From: Nageia nagi
Taxonomy: Eukaryota > Plantae > Pinophyta
Reading direction: 5' to 3'
Assembly (NCBI GenBank): GCA_050084985.1
Contig: JBITNC010000001.1
Span: forward strand, 211,668,001 to 211,732,000
Length of the DNA stretch: 64,000 nucleotides
Part shown: in pieces, positions 38,801 through 52,330 of the stretch
How positions within the stretch are numbered: the stretch's first letter is position 1
Layout of the letters: every line of letters begins with the position of its first letter
Notes under the pieces: generated by a model
Told to the model about the DNA's origin: nothing
Database searches by the model: none
The model's input: only the letters and a program-made list of their open reading frames with translations
Translations under genes and position numbers: made by a program

Positions 38801-41388
38801 GACCTCATATCTTGTTGTTAGGAAGATCTTGTTCCTCTTTAGGAGCAGCCCGTCTTTGACTACATACCTTCTGTTCTTCATGATCCTACCGAGGATGCCT
38901 GAAGCGAAGTCATCCTGGGTTTATTTAGCCATAACCGTCTTCTTCCAATCAGCCATGGTAGAGGAGAGAGAGTAGGACGAGTTCCTAGACATTGCATCTG
39001 TTGCTGTGTTCTTCTTTCCTTTGATGTACTGGATCTCAAAATCAAAGGATTGAAGCTTACTCACCCACCTTTGCTATTTCTCACTCAGATCTGTCTAACT
39101 GAGGAAGTATTTCAAGCTATTGTGGTCACTCTGAATGATGAAGGGACCACAAACCAAGTATTGCTTGAATCTCTCCAACGCATGCATGATAGCCAATATC
39201 TCTTTATCGTACACGTTGAAATTATGCTCTGCACTAGATAACTTCCAGGTCTCAAATGCAATTGGCTGCCCCTTTTGCATGAGCACTGCTTCAATACCCA
39301 ATTTGGATGCATCACACTCCACTATGAAAGGAACTGAGAAATTGGGTATGGCCAGGCAAGGACAAGTGCATATGACCTTCTTTAGTGTCTCAAAAGCTTT
39401 CTAGGCCCTATCACTCTACATGAGGGGGGCAGCTAAGTGAGAGAGACCACTTATGAACCTCCGATACTAGTTGCAAAGTCCCAAAAACCCTCTCAGCTAT
39501 GTGAGGGACATGGGAATTGGCCATTCTTGGATGGCTGCAATCTTCTGCTTGTCCACCTTGACTCAATCATGGCTGATTATGTGCCCTAGATAGAAGATCT
39601 CTATCATGCCAAACTCACATTTAGACTATTTGGCGTAAAACCTTTGTTGTTGCAGAATCCTCAAAACGTGGTCTAGGTGGCAAAGGTGCTCTTCCCACAT
39701 TCTATATAGACCAAGATGTCATCAAAGAAGACCAATACAAACTTTTGTAACTGCTCTTTGAAGACCTTATTCATTGCCGATTGGAAAGTGGCTGGTGCAT
39801 TAGTCAATCCGAACGGCATCACCAGAATTCGAAATGATCATAGTGGCACCTAAAGGCTATCTTGTGGATGTCCTCTTTCTTCATCCTGATCTGGTGGTAT
39901 CTCAATCTCAAGTCTATTTTTGAGAAGTACTTGGCCCCATGTAGCTCATTAATGAGATCGTCCACCCTAGGGATAGGATATCTATTTTTGATGGTCTTCT
40001 TGTTGAGCAACCGGTAGTTGATGCAGAAAATTTGGCTAGGAGAGGCAGATTTCCATCGGCCAGAAGAAGGAGAAGCTCCACTCCAGCCAGGGAGAAAATG
40101 CCAGAAAGGAAGTGCAATGAGCTTATTGCGGCCATGAGGAGTATGACAGAGGTAGTGCAAAATCAATCAGCCAAAATAGATGCTTGGTTCAAGAGAAAGG
40201 AAGCCCCAAGAAGACAAGTGAGTCCCCCACATTCTATTCTAGATGAGGAGGATGAACCAAGGGAGGAAGATAGAATGGACAAAGAGCCCAACTTAAGGAG
40301 ATTGCGTAGCTCGAGGGATAGAAGGTCCACTCATCATGGATCCATGAGTCACCAAGAGCATGCGTTTGTGAGGTGCCATTCTCATGGGGCACCGTAGGGG
40401 ACACCCTCTCCTAGGGAGGTTCTTGGAAGAATGTAATATTCCAAATATTTTCTAAGACTGAAATATGCAAATTAAGCAGCATATATACCGAATAAAATGC
40501 TCCAAAAATCAATTACACATGCCAAAAAACGAGCATCTCACATAGCAACACAAAATATCACTCATACACATCCACAAACCTGACGTCAAGCTTCTAGATG
40601 AAAGATAATTGCAAATAGACGACAAAATGAGACAAATATATGGAGATCAACATGCCAACTGCTGAATTAAGAAATACAGAGTGATTACAAGCCTCAAATC
40701 TTGGCAAAGGGCTCAATTTTGGCCTCCAAGGAGCCAACTAGGGCACATACACATGCAAATATGATCATTGCTGGAACAATGGATGGGACAACCACACTCT
40801 CATAAGATCTGAATCCTCTCCACTGAAGGAGCCCTCTCCAAATCCTGGAAACCAACTGAATGACAGGAATGCAACCTCGGAATACCACTGGTTGGACTAA
40901 GATGCTACACCTTAGTCATAGATTAGCAAGATCCTGATACATTAGAGAGTTTCAATGTACTTGGAGATCCCGATATATGATTGTGGGAATCCCAAGGTGT
41001 ATTTAGCACTTAGTGGATGGATGATCACTTAATGGTCCTAACGTTAAGATTGGGAGTACTTGTACACATGTGCCATCCTTGGGGAGACTTCTAGACCCCC
41101 ATGTTGGCCCATGACACCCATGTTGGCCCTCTAGATGCCCACATTGGGGCAAATAGGTGTTTGTCCATGTGCTAGGTGCTATACAAGCCTTGGGATTCCC
41201 ACAATCATCTTTGGGATCTCCAAGTACATTAAATAATAAATAAAACAACATATCCTAGCTTGGGAGGAAAACGTCCCTCATGGGGCTCCAAGGAATTAGC
41301 AACAAATATGTGAGAAATTAAATATTTACAAAAAAGGAATCCCTGGGATTCCAAAATTAACTAATTTTTACAAAAAGGGAATGTTACA
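35866..41388. mobile_element. Rearranged composite of Gypsy LTR pieces in both orientations plus pol and gag fragments
   Basis: LTR-like 35866-37026 (36600-37026 in + orientation), deleted minus LTR 37027-37514, pol, a + strand gag-like piece 40026-40431 and minus LTR 40432-41388. No matching outer TSD found. Confidence 0.7.
37533..40025 (-). pseudogene. Chromovirus (Ty3/Gypsy) pol remnant: RT, RNase H, integrase, chromodomain
   Basis: RT: [35 protein letters not shown]. RNase H: ECDASKLGI, SDHNSLKYF. Integrase: WENISMDFITGLP, QTDGQT. Chromodomain: EYLIKW...KWE. PPT at 37515-37528. Confidence 0.95.
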
Positions 41389-41791
41389 TATCACAATGCC
41401 ACCCATTGTCTTGCCTAGACTTTCTTTTGAAGAGTATCAATTAAATCTTAAGGCATGATTTAGTAGATGATCGTACATGGAATAATATTATGCTAAATGA
41501 CCATTAATTGATATTGGTATAAGAAGTTGTTTTCTCAAAGGCACTGTTACCTGCTCTTTTTCTACAGGTTTGTTGTATTCATTTATTCCAATGCCATTAT
41601 ATTTTGAAATGATTAGAATTTTCTTGTGCTAAGTCAGTTTCCATGCTTTAAAATTGACGAACAACATCTCATTCTAAAGGAACATTTTGCATCTTTTGAA
41701 ATGTTTTTAGGTGGAATTGGTCCATGTTTCATTTATTTCTATGTTTTGAAATGCTGCTATGTATTACAATCTTTGATTTCTCGGCACCTAG

Positions 41792-41954
41792 GTATCATGG
41801 GAAAGTGAAGCAGCTGATTTACGATGTTACCAAGATAATTGTTGTGTTCAAGGGGAAGCGTGCTGAGCATCGCCTGTTTAGGCTGGCAGAAAACTTATGC
41901 ATGAATTTAATCCTTGCTTCACGGGATATTGTTCTTCTGAAAAAAGAAATCAAG
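41792..41954 (+). CDS. MED23: MED23 internal exon (YHGKVKQLIYDVTKII...RLFRLAENLCMNLIL...KKEIK)
   Basis: Phase-2 acceptor cctag|g and donor AAG|gtgaag. Conserved YDVTKII and FRLAENLCMNLI motifs. Confidence 0.95.
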
Positions 41955-42046
41955 GTGAAGAGAAAGTGTAAATAAGAAGATTTATGTGCAGATGATTGTT
42001 TTATTTACTATTTTTATTTCACTGATTTGTGAAGCATATCTCTCAG

Positions 42047-42289
42047 GGCCCAACAGAGTTCACAGAGAGCTTGAACAGGATAATGGTGATTAATCTTGCT
42101 ATCACTATAAAGACTCGTGGTGCAGAGTTTGAGCAGATGTTTTTCCTTCAGCCATTATTAGAACAAATACTAGCAACAAGTCACCATATCTGGTCAGAAA
42201 AAACAATGCGACATTTTCCTTCTCTAATTCGTGATGCTTTAAGTGGACGTGCAGATAAGCGGGGCCAATCAATTCAAGCCTGGCAACAG
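42047..42289 (+). CDS. MED23: MED23 internal exon (GPTEFTESLNR...WSEKTMRHFPS...IQAWQQ)
   Basis: Boundaries tctcag| and CAG|gttggg; 243 nt; strong match to plant MED23. Confidence 0.95.
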
Positions 42290-42489
42290 GTTGGGAGTCT
42301 ATTGCTTATGCAGTTTTCCTTATTTTCTTTCATTTTAGTCTCCAGCTCTACCACTTTTAAAAAATGTAAACTAGTGGATTGATTTTTGATTAGTTACTGT
42401 GAAAATTATTGATGTCCTTTAGACAAAGAATAGAACATTTCTAATGTTTGGAAATGACCGGTCAATGTGATGGTGAAGACATGTGTACT

Positions 42490-42970
42490 GTATAAATCTC
42501 TGTACAAAAGTACCGCCCTGTGAGGTCTTCACTGCTATTCTATACGATTCAATTCCATGCTTTGTGTGGTCTCCTAATGCAGCTATCCCATTGCCTTGTT
42601 TACTGTTTCAAGTTGCATGAATCTCTGTACAAAACCTACCCCATATATTTTAATGCCCTTAAATATTCTTTATGAGGCTTTCACATTTATCCAGTACAAT
42701 TGTTTTCCATGCTTCTGAGGGTCTCCTAATGTATTTGTCCAATTAAAATGTTTACATAATCTCCAGAAAATCTAGCCCTTATATTTTAATGTATGTAAAC
42801 CTTCCCTTTGAGGCCTTCACTGTTATATTATAGAATTCAATTTGGTGCTTATGGCGGTCTCTTAATGCAATCACCCAATTCCAATATTTACAGTTGCAAA
42901 GTGCATAAATATCTATACAAACCCTAACACAAGTATTCCAATGTCGTAAACATACCTGTCATGCCTTCAC
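42490..42970. repeat. Degenerate tandem repeat, ~3.5 units of ~125-150 bp
   Basis: Recurring aatctctgtacaaa...gaggycttcac...ggtctcctaatg near 42496, 42620, 42758 and 42909. Confidence 0.7.
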
Positions 42971-43872
42971 CTAATACAGTTAGAAGAGCTACAAGGGAGC
43001 CGCATGTCGCCAAGCATATTCTTTTATCCTTCTTAAGCCCATGACAGCATCCACTGGTTTTTCTCGAAGTGTTTATGGTTTATGGATTTACCCTTATTAG
43101 GCCACTTTATGGTCGCTTCCTTTGCGTAACATATGTTCTCATTCAAGGTTTAGTCTGTTGTGTCAGAACAGAAATATTAGATGAGGCTCAGGGGAAGCAC
43201 AGGGGTTTCTTGTTGACAATCAAGGCTGAAATATAAAGTGACTCAAATCATAGTATGGACAGGGATAAAATATGTGAAGTGATTTACAACACCAGGTCAA
43301 TTTCTTTTGTAGAAACCACATGATGATGTGAATTTCTTCGACAGACATATCAGATATTGTCTTTCTTGATGCAGTCCATGGTAGAAGTGATAGCTCCTCC
43401 TAAAGTGTAGAGATCACCAAGATTGTGAAAGTTGAACAATGATCATTCTTTTTAAATGTTTTCTATTGAAGAGCCTTACGAGTACATCAAAAGAATGACA
43501 TCTTTTCTGGGCCATTTCTTGACTGTAGTATCGAGATACATTTCTACAAAGTTATACAATTGTGTAGATAGAAGAATTATTGGTTGGAAACAAATTAAGA
43601 AATTTTAGCAATGTCCATGGATGACAAAAATAATTCTATGAGAGTTACAAAAAAGCTGGTTGTAAAGCAAGAAATTAAAGCACAATTGATTATGCTAGAG
43701 CATTGTACAAGAGTGATTGCATGTACTATATGTGGTGGTAGAAGCAAACACAAACAAAATATTGTAACACACAAAGCATCATCTTGTGTTGGTCAATAGC
43801 ATAATTTTGAGTTGAAGCATAATCTCTATCAATTTTATCTATGTTGGTCAATAGTAGATTGTTGAGCAGAAG

Positions 43873-45600
43873 CAATGTTTGAAAAATTGGGTACTAGGTA
43901 TATACTTCTTGAGGGCCAAAAAAAAAGGTCAAAAGTACGGGAAAAAACATGGTAAATTAAAACATGAACACATGAAAAAAAAATGGAGAAAAAACGTGGA
44001 ACATTAAAAAACATGCAATTTTTTTATATTTTTCAGATTTTCCATAAAATATGCTTATCTAATTGCTATAAAACATTCTTATGTGGGAAACAACACATTC
44101 ATGACATAAATTTATAGAAAACTAAATGATAGTGGATCATTGATCATAATTCATATTCATATAACATAGACATAAATCATAAGTTCATAAATCGGTCGTT
44201 GATAATAGATATACAAGATGAAAATGTATGTTAAATCATAAATGTCTACTGCCTAGTGCCAACTTGCCAAGTGCTAACAAGTACAAAAAAAAAGTAATAG
44301 TGTAATACAATGTCAATCAAAGAATCAATGGCCTCTTTTCCTCTTATATCGGCCACCAAAACAATATGATCTACTACCACTAGGAGTGAAAGGACTTGGA
44401 GAGACTTCTTTGCCTTTGCCACAAACATCCACAATAGGGAATGGATCTTGCACCTCTATGTGCACATGCTCCCCCTCTTCCTAGGGTTGGACCTCCTCCT
44501 TCTCCTCTACACCTATTGATGTGTTTGTGTCAATCTCCTCCCCCAACTCAATCCATTTAGCCTAAAACTCCTCGTCGAAATTTGTCTTATACGATGTCAC
44601 ATGGAGTTGCATCACTATATGAGGGATCAATGGAAGACAAATCAATGGGTTCCACACTATTCGTCTTGTGCAATTGCTTCACATACAATTGCAGGTTGAT
44701 GTAGATGTACACAATATCATTCAAGTGTTGCGTCGACAACTTAATAACATTTAAACAAATTTCACCATATCAATCGCAACTTGAAACATAATTGCAAATT
44801 TGCAAGAAGTAAGAATCAAAATTGAAATGAATCAAATTGCTAACCTGTTGTGCTTTTTGTAGTGAAATTTTTGAAAGACATTCCAATTGCACTCGCATCT
44901 TGAAGGGCTACATGTTTGATTGAGGATGCAGATGGCTATGTTTTGCAATTCGAGTCTATCACCTCCCAAATTTGTCCACCATACATCTAATATATAAATC
45001 AAATTAGAAAAATTAAAATTGTTTAAAGCCTAAATGTATAAAATACTAATACTAAAAAAGTAAAAACACAACAAAATGAAGTTGAACAATTTGAATTTTG
45101 AAATATTTATTATTTAGTTTGAACTTTGAAGTTTCCTCTCACCTGGAGAGAGGTCCCCACATGTCTCTATAGCTCCACCAAAACCAAAGAAGCCAAGTGA
45201 CATCTTGTACATCTCCATGTTCTTTAAGATTCGGGCACGCTTGGCAGGATCTCTCACCATAGTGCATATGCTTTTTAGTACCTAAGTTAAATTCTATTAA
45301 TAAAATAAAAAATATTATACTATTAACCAAAAGCTTCACAAATTTTGTTGCAGTACTTTAAGTTTAAACTTGCCTTTCTTGTAATCTCATGATTTTTCAA
45401 CATTTTGGAGCTTTGTGCAAATAATAAGCTAGGGTTCAACATGGCCTTTGCTGCATGAATAGGACGATGGAACATGTTGTTCCATTGCTCATCAATGATG
45501 TTCCAAAAGATGTTGAACTTGTCATCAAACTCATTATCATCATCTGGATGGTCGTCATAATATTTCTTAATGCTCTCTTTGGTCCTATGACACTTTGGTG
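43873..45600 (-). mobile_element. Truncated hAT transposon with intron-containing transposase 3' remnant
   Basis: IIDEQWNNMFHRPIHAAKAMLNP, and LQNIAICILNQTCSPSRCECNWNVF...KKHN near 44840-44960. TIR-like caatgtttgaaaaa at 43873 is shared with 54984. Confidence 0.8.
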
Positions 45601-45648
45601 GCATAAGTGTCAACAAACTCAACATTAAAGTAGAAAAAATAGGGTTTA

Positions 45649-46369
45649 TGTAATGTTCCAAATGAACACTTGTGCCAAATACCATTAGGGTTTCCAAACC
45701 CTTAGCCAAGCCTCCTATGCTTCCAACGTAGAACCTCTAGGGCTTTCAATCTCACCACAAGCTTGTCATTGGATTCCTAGGGCACCCAATACCCCACAAG
45801 CTTGACGTCAGCCCTCCTATGTCACCAATCACACCATACATCCAATGAATGCACAAAATAGTGAATTTACAATTGCACAACACATACAATGATCATAGCA
45901 TGGAAAACCAACATAAACTAATATCTGAAACCCCAACGCATGTACATATATGCCAATCACATAGCAAGAATGAGATCCCAAAGCCCTCTGATGTATATTA
46001 ATAATGTATAATGGAAATACAATACAATCAAGCCCTTAGGGCTATCGTTGGCCTCGTAGGAGCCAATCTAGGGCATGTCGCCACCAAACCTCATTGAACA
46101 CAAATTGGATAACTCTAATATTGCGTTATAGAACTGTGGGATAGGAACGCTTCCTCAGATTCGAGTACCCTCCACCAAAGGAGTTCTCCTCCAAGCTGGA
46201 TAGTCGACTTAACGACGGAAACGCACCCTCGGATGCCACCTGATGGGTTAGATGCTCCACCTAACTGTAGATGAATGAGATCCCTCAACCCAATCACCCT
46301 TTAGATGCTCTATCTAGGATAAATACTCAGCACCGCTAAGTCTGGATAAGTCCTGTGGATAGAAGAGAA

Positions 46370-46411
<42 letters not shown>

Positions 46412-46915
46412 TGATGTCTAGTATGAAGCTCCAAACAAGTATTTATATCCATCAGTTATAAAAGCTACCTCGGAATCATCATAGCCATTCTAATCCAACA
46501 TTGGGCATTTAGGGGGACCCAGTAACTTAACGCACTGTCCTGGAAGCCCAATAATGTCAACGTGGGGTCCTAGACACTCTAGAGTGCTAACGTGGGGTTC
46601 TTGGAAGCCTAGTAACCAACGTTGGGGTGTGGGGCCCTCCCAACTATGATGTAAGCATGCTAACGGCTGTCCATCCTTATGAGACATAAATACTTCTCGG
46701 GATTCCCACAATCCGGGATCTCCAATGCATATGACCCTATTCTAATCACCTAGGAGAGAGACATTCCACTAGGGGCTCACAATGGGGTCCACATGACTAG
46801 TATATCTCTTATCCTAAGTTACATGCATTTAACACACTGCTAACTCAACAAATATTTTTAAGATATCAATTACAATAAATGCAATTATTCTCTATGATAC
46901 AAAAGGGATATCACA
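45649..46915 (-). mobile_element. Solo LTR (~1.27 kb)
   Basis: Termini tgtaatg...gatatcaca; TSD gttta/attta; family motifs present. Confidence 0.85.
46371..46410. repeat. (TAA)13 microsatellite inside the solo LTR
   Basis: Perfect taa run; sister LTRs have only 3-4 units at this position. Confidence 0.95.
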
Positions 46916-49199
46916 ATTTATTAGGAGAGTGAAGAGGTAACAAAAAGAGATTTCGCTATGGTCACTCTTCCACAACAGTGTAATAGATATACCTTGAGAC
47001 ATCAACAAATTAAAGACACAAAAGTACCTTTTATTTGTGCAATATTCTCTTCCTTTTATTATCCATAACATGACCAAGAAGACCATTCTGTAAATCATGT
47101 GAATGGCAGTAGAATATCCTTAAGAACCAATGCGACTAGAATTACATTCACATAGGATGGATGCTATGTTTTGGATTAAGGGAATAAAGTTTTCATAAGT
47201 GACTTAGTAAAAATATGATGATGGATGTCTGACATGTTGACCTTGTAAGCTTTAAGTTTGTGTCCAATGTCCAATTACAAATTTGAATAATATTGTAGAA
47301 TCTGATTCATTATAAGCCATTAAGAATAAAAGGACATGTTGTGCCCGCACAACACACCCCAAAATACAAGATTTTGGGGACCCTAGTTTTGCAGATTTGG
47401 AGACTTGATTTGGATTAGTCAGTGAAGGGAATTGACTTGTATGATATAGGATTAATCATGAGTGTTCTGAAAGAGATGATATTGCTAAAGATGGTGCACA
47501 AAGGCTATTCATGAGACGTTGTGAGATGGTTTAGTGTGTTGGATTATCAATTTTAGAGCTTTCAGGATCCCTAACACAGAGAATGGCATTTCTAAGAAGT
47601 GAGCACAATTTTTGAAATTGGTCAAGGGATGAATAGATGCACTTAATGAAGATGTAAGATGGATTTTATTGTGAATTCAAGGTTTGATAGCATGAGATTG
47701 TAGGGAATTCAAAATAAGGCATATTTGGGCTTGGAATTTTGTGAAAAGGATCGATGATGCCCCCTTGAGCCTAAAAATTAGCTTTTTGGGTCTTAATGGA
47801 TTCAAAAGGAGATAGATTGTGCCTACAAAGAAAAGATGAAGTTTTCTTATGCAAATTTAATGCAAAAAGATACCCTCAAGAGGAGCTTGGAAATAGAGGA
47901 AGGTTTAAACTTACAACTTTCAAATTTCCTCCAAAATTGCTCACTCCCTCTCTAGGCGTAATTTTATGATGTTTAAAGCCTCAAAAAAAGAAAAATCAAG
48001 GCCTAGCATGGTTGTGCACTCAAAAATGTCAAGACTTTTTTTTATCAAAATAGTCAAGCATGGGTATTATGAGGCTCCAAAAATCATGTATTTTTTCTCT
48101 TGGATGTTTCCAAGTAGCTTCAAAACTCCTCTCCCATCTAGGTGCACATTTTCCAATTTACTCCTTTTTTGAACAAGTTTGGTGAAGATCATGAGAGAAG
48201 GTTGAAAATTGAACCCAAAGGAATGCAAAATCCATAGCCTAGAAAAATTTACAAATTGGATCATGATCACTCCTCCCTCATGAGGGCACATTTTTCTAGG
48301 CTATGGAAATCTTCAAAAGGAGAAAACTTACACTTAAGGAGGGAGTGCATCAAATTTTGACAAAATTTAGATTTTGATTTGAAGACATGAGCATGATAAG
48401 GAGGGAAATACAAGTACATTTGGGCTTGAAATTTTTTGAAAAAAGACAAAATTATGCAAATGGTGGCAAGGTGTACATTTTCTAGCTAAGGGAAATTTGA
48501 GAAAAAATAGAAAACTTGCGCCTAGCTAGCTTCTGCATATGAAAATTTCCAAATTTGCAAGTTGAGCAATCAAAAATAAAAAACATGGGTATGGTTGGAA
48601 GTACAAATTCACACATTTTTGCTCTTGGAAGTTTCGAAATGGCATCAAAATGACTCCTCTCCCACCTAGGCACAAATTTTCTAGCTTTGCCTCCCCAAAA
48701 AGAGAAAACATGTGCCTACCCTAATTGGTCAAATTTTTGAAGTTTGAAAATGAAATTTTGAAACATGGGTATTTTGAAGGGTACCAAACTAAGCAACTTT
48801 GCTCTTGAAGCTTTTCAAATTGATAAAAAAAATCACCCTCTCCCACTTAGGTTCACATTTTCTCCCTTTACCCCCTTTTATGAATTTTCAAGAAGCAAAA
48901 CTTTCTCCTAGCATGCAAAAGACCCTATGGATCATACCAAATACACCTTCAAGAGGGATAAGAGCAAATTCAATGGCTTATGAGGTGAGAAAAGAGTCCA
49001 ATGCCTTACAAATACAAGCCAAATCCCCATTTACCTCACAAACACTCCATTTTATTTCCCCAAGCATGCATTTTGAAGCCAAATTACATGAAAAAAGGTG
49101 CAAAAACCACAAATTTTAGAAAATAATTGTAAGAATTGATTTGAGTACCCATTTCTATTGTGATGAAGATGGTGTGGATCAGAATTATCAAAAAATGAT

Positions 49200-50990
49200 C
49201 ACAAGTGTGATTTTTTGTAACGCATGCACTAATTATCATCAACTAAAGCCTTAATTTTTGACCTAATTTTTTTTTAAATTATAACACTCGAATGATCTAG
49301 GAATGAACTAGGTGATCCCACATGAGTTTGATATGCTGCTAGGTAGTTCAGCACTCACATGGCAAGATTGGCGAAGAACCCGGGGTAACCAACCTTGATA
49401 AATTTTTTTTGGTGTTCACTTTTTAACACTCACGTTGTTGAGAAGACACCTCAAAAGTAACCTCACCATTCCTATTCCACGTCCTGTGTGCAATAGGCTT
49501 TTTGATTACGCTGTAGTGGTTTTCTACTCTGGGCCCATAACACTCGAGAGATCACACTTCCACTAAGTCATCGTCTCCTGATGATAACTCTCCGTCTCAT
49601 AGGAGCAGTTAACTTGTCCTAGGTAAGCTTCCTTATGAGCGGGTAGCATTGCTTATGGAACAATCATCATATCCCTATCTGCTAACTGCAAGTGATATGA
49701 CTACTAATTACCTTGACCCAGTAATAGTAGTTTTTCCAATTGCTATCCCCACTTGACTCACCCGTTGGGAAATATGTGTACTAACGTACCCATAACTATT
49801 GGCTAGTCTCACCATGTGGTTTGACATCCCTTTGCCCATAACTTGAGGAGCCATGGATATTAAACAATATCCTTGAGTGGTTGTTTAGTCTAATATATTT
49901 TTAAATATGTTGCCAAAAGAACCATCTATGTCCTCCTGACCATATACTAATATTTTCAAACAGTGAAGTGGGTATAAGACATGTTCTAAAGTTTAACACC
50001 ATTAATCCTTACCCATGAGGAGTACCTCGGAAGTCTTAGTTAGAGCTTATGTAGGAAGACACATATTTTCTTATTTTATCCCATACACATTGTATTGCAT
50101 ATACATATCTACTTTTTAAAAGATCTCTTGAATACATAAAGTAACAAGTTGTTAGGGAGAATCTTACCACTATTGCTACAAAAGTAATTAAGTGCTAAGT
50201 GGTCCTCATGCAAAGAGTATTCCTTTTGTTTGTCATCTAGCAAGGTATGTTTACTTGGCGAATGTTCTTCGTTGCATTTCTTGCATCCGTCCAAAAAGAA
50301 TTCCGAATGATTCCATTTATCTCATGGAGTCCCATTGATATCCAATTTGATCCCAAGAGTCCTTAAATATCCCAAATGCTCCTAAATTATTTTTTGGAAC
50401 TCTAATTCTAAAACAGGATTGTTTTCTAATCAATCTACTTCTTTAGAAGTTTTGTTAAATTCATTTACTTCGTCAATTTGTATTACCTATTAATCATTTT
50501 CATGAAAGAAATAGTAATTCCTACTCTTAGTAATTTATATAATCAATACTAATTGTAGTATTTGATAACCATAATTAAAAGAAAGCTCATTAAATTACAA
50601 TACTAATATTTTCTAAAAATTATATAAAGAAAAAGTTATTTACAATATTTATTAATTAATACCTAATATAATCCATCTATGAAACTTATGAATGAAATTT
50701 ACTTTCATAAACTTCGAAGCTTCCATAATTTATTACAAATAGACATCATGCATTATACAAAGATAATTCAAATGTAATACACTCATTTAATCACTAATGA
50801 GATATTTTTTACAAATCATATTATTTCATATCCAATGAATTTATAATTCAAATTTGTTCATGTCATATGGTTTTGACCGTTATATCAACCGTCAAACATC
50901 TCCATCAATCTTCATGCAATGAGCATTGAACACTCCCTTGGAGCTTGGTGGTAGATCGAGTATTAGGAGGGAGGAGGATCAGGACAACCC
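49200..50990 (-). pseudogene. Decayed antisense coding remnant inside insertion F, product unknown
   Basis: Higher-GC, protein-like broken frames (ORF 50109-50294; HVLYPLHCLKILVYGQEDIDGSFGNIFKKY; WKNYYYWVKVISS; MVKFKKGCPDPPP near 51010). Acceptor-like ccacag near 51055 and minus-strand TATA near 52515. Confidence 0.35.
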
Positions 50991-51430
50991 TTTTTAAACT
51001 TGACCATTATACAAATGAATTTAACTATAGACCTCAAGAGAAATTATCTATTTTCTGTGGTCAATGTACATTAATCTATTATTTATTAATCCATCTTAAA
51101 TAATTAAATCATTCACAATAAGGTCTTGGATACCTTAATAATTAATTAATGAAATTGGTATTATTTGAATTATTTTACTAAACATTATACCATTATCATA
51201 ATCTCAAAATCATAGTTTATTCAATACAAGATTCTAAAGAGTTATTGAATTACTTATTTAAAAATATTAAACATACTTATCACTTCATTAGATACTAATT
51301 AGTTTAATTGACAAACTTAGATAATAATAAGAAAACATATTTTATTATTTCATCTTTCTCCACTTTCACATGAATTTAATAATATTTCTTTAATAAACAT
51401 CATATTAGGACTAATAATATTTCTTTACTA

Positions 51431-52330
51431 AACATCATATTAGGACTTTAATAAAATTCATGTCAAAATAAATTTATTTATCTTTACCTAAAGGCATAAG
51501 AAGATATTTGACTAGTCTCTTTAAAATATTATAAAATACATAATACAATTTGTACGTGAAATTTTTCACCCTTACATGTAAATAAAGAGAAATAACAAAA
51601 GAACATCCCACTTATTTACTTTTTTAAAGAAAAAGACATGGTACCAACATTTGAATAAAATAACCACTGTCTCTTCAAAGGGTACAACACTTCAATCAAC
51701 AATTAATGAAACTTTATCAAACATTATAATAAACATCATATTAGGAATTTAAAATTTATGTCAAAATAAATTCATTAAATTCTAACTAAAAGCATAAATG
51801 GAAATATTTGACTAGTCTCTTTAAAATATCATAATACAATTTGTACGTGAAATTTTCCACCTTTATATTTAAATAAAGGGAGAATAATAAAAGAAAATTT
51901 CACTCCTTTACTTTTTAAAGAAAATGATATGATACCAACTTTTAAATAAAATAACCACTCTCTTCAAAGGGTACAACACTTCAATAAACAATTAATGAAA
52001 CTTTATTATTATAATAAATATCATAGTAAGAATTTAATAAAATTTATGTCAAAATAAATTTATTAAACTTTAGCTAAAAGCATAAGGAGAAATATTTGAT
52101 TAGTCTCTTTAAAATATCATAATATAATTTGTACGTGAAATTTTCCTCTCCTACATCTAAATAAAAAGAGAATAACAAAAGAAAATCCCACTCCTTTACT
52201 TTTTTAAGAAAATGACATGGTAACAATATGTAAATAAAAGAATCACTGTCTTTGCAAATGGTTCAACACTTCTAACAACCATTAATTCTATGAAGCTTTA
52301 TCAAACATTATGATAAACATCATATTAAAT
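51431..52330. repeat. AT-rich tandem repeat, 3 units of ~285-300 bp
   Basis: Units begin aaacatcatattagg at ~51431, 51731 and 52016, with a partial at 52315. They share gactagtctctttaaaata and ttgtacgtgaaatttt. Confidence 0.9.
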
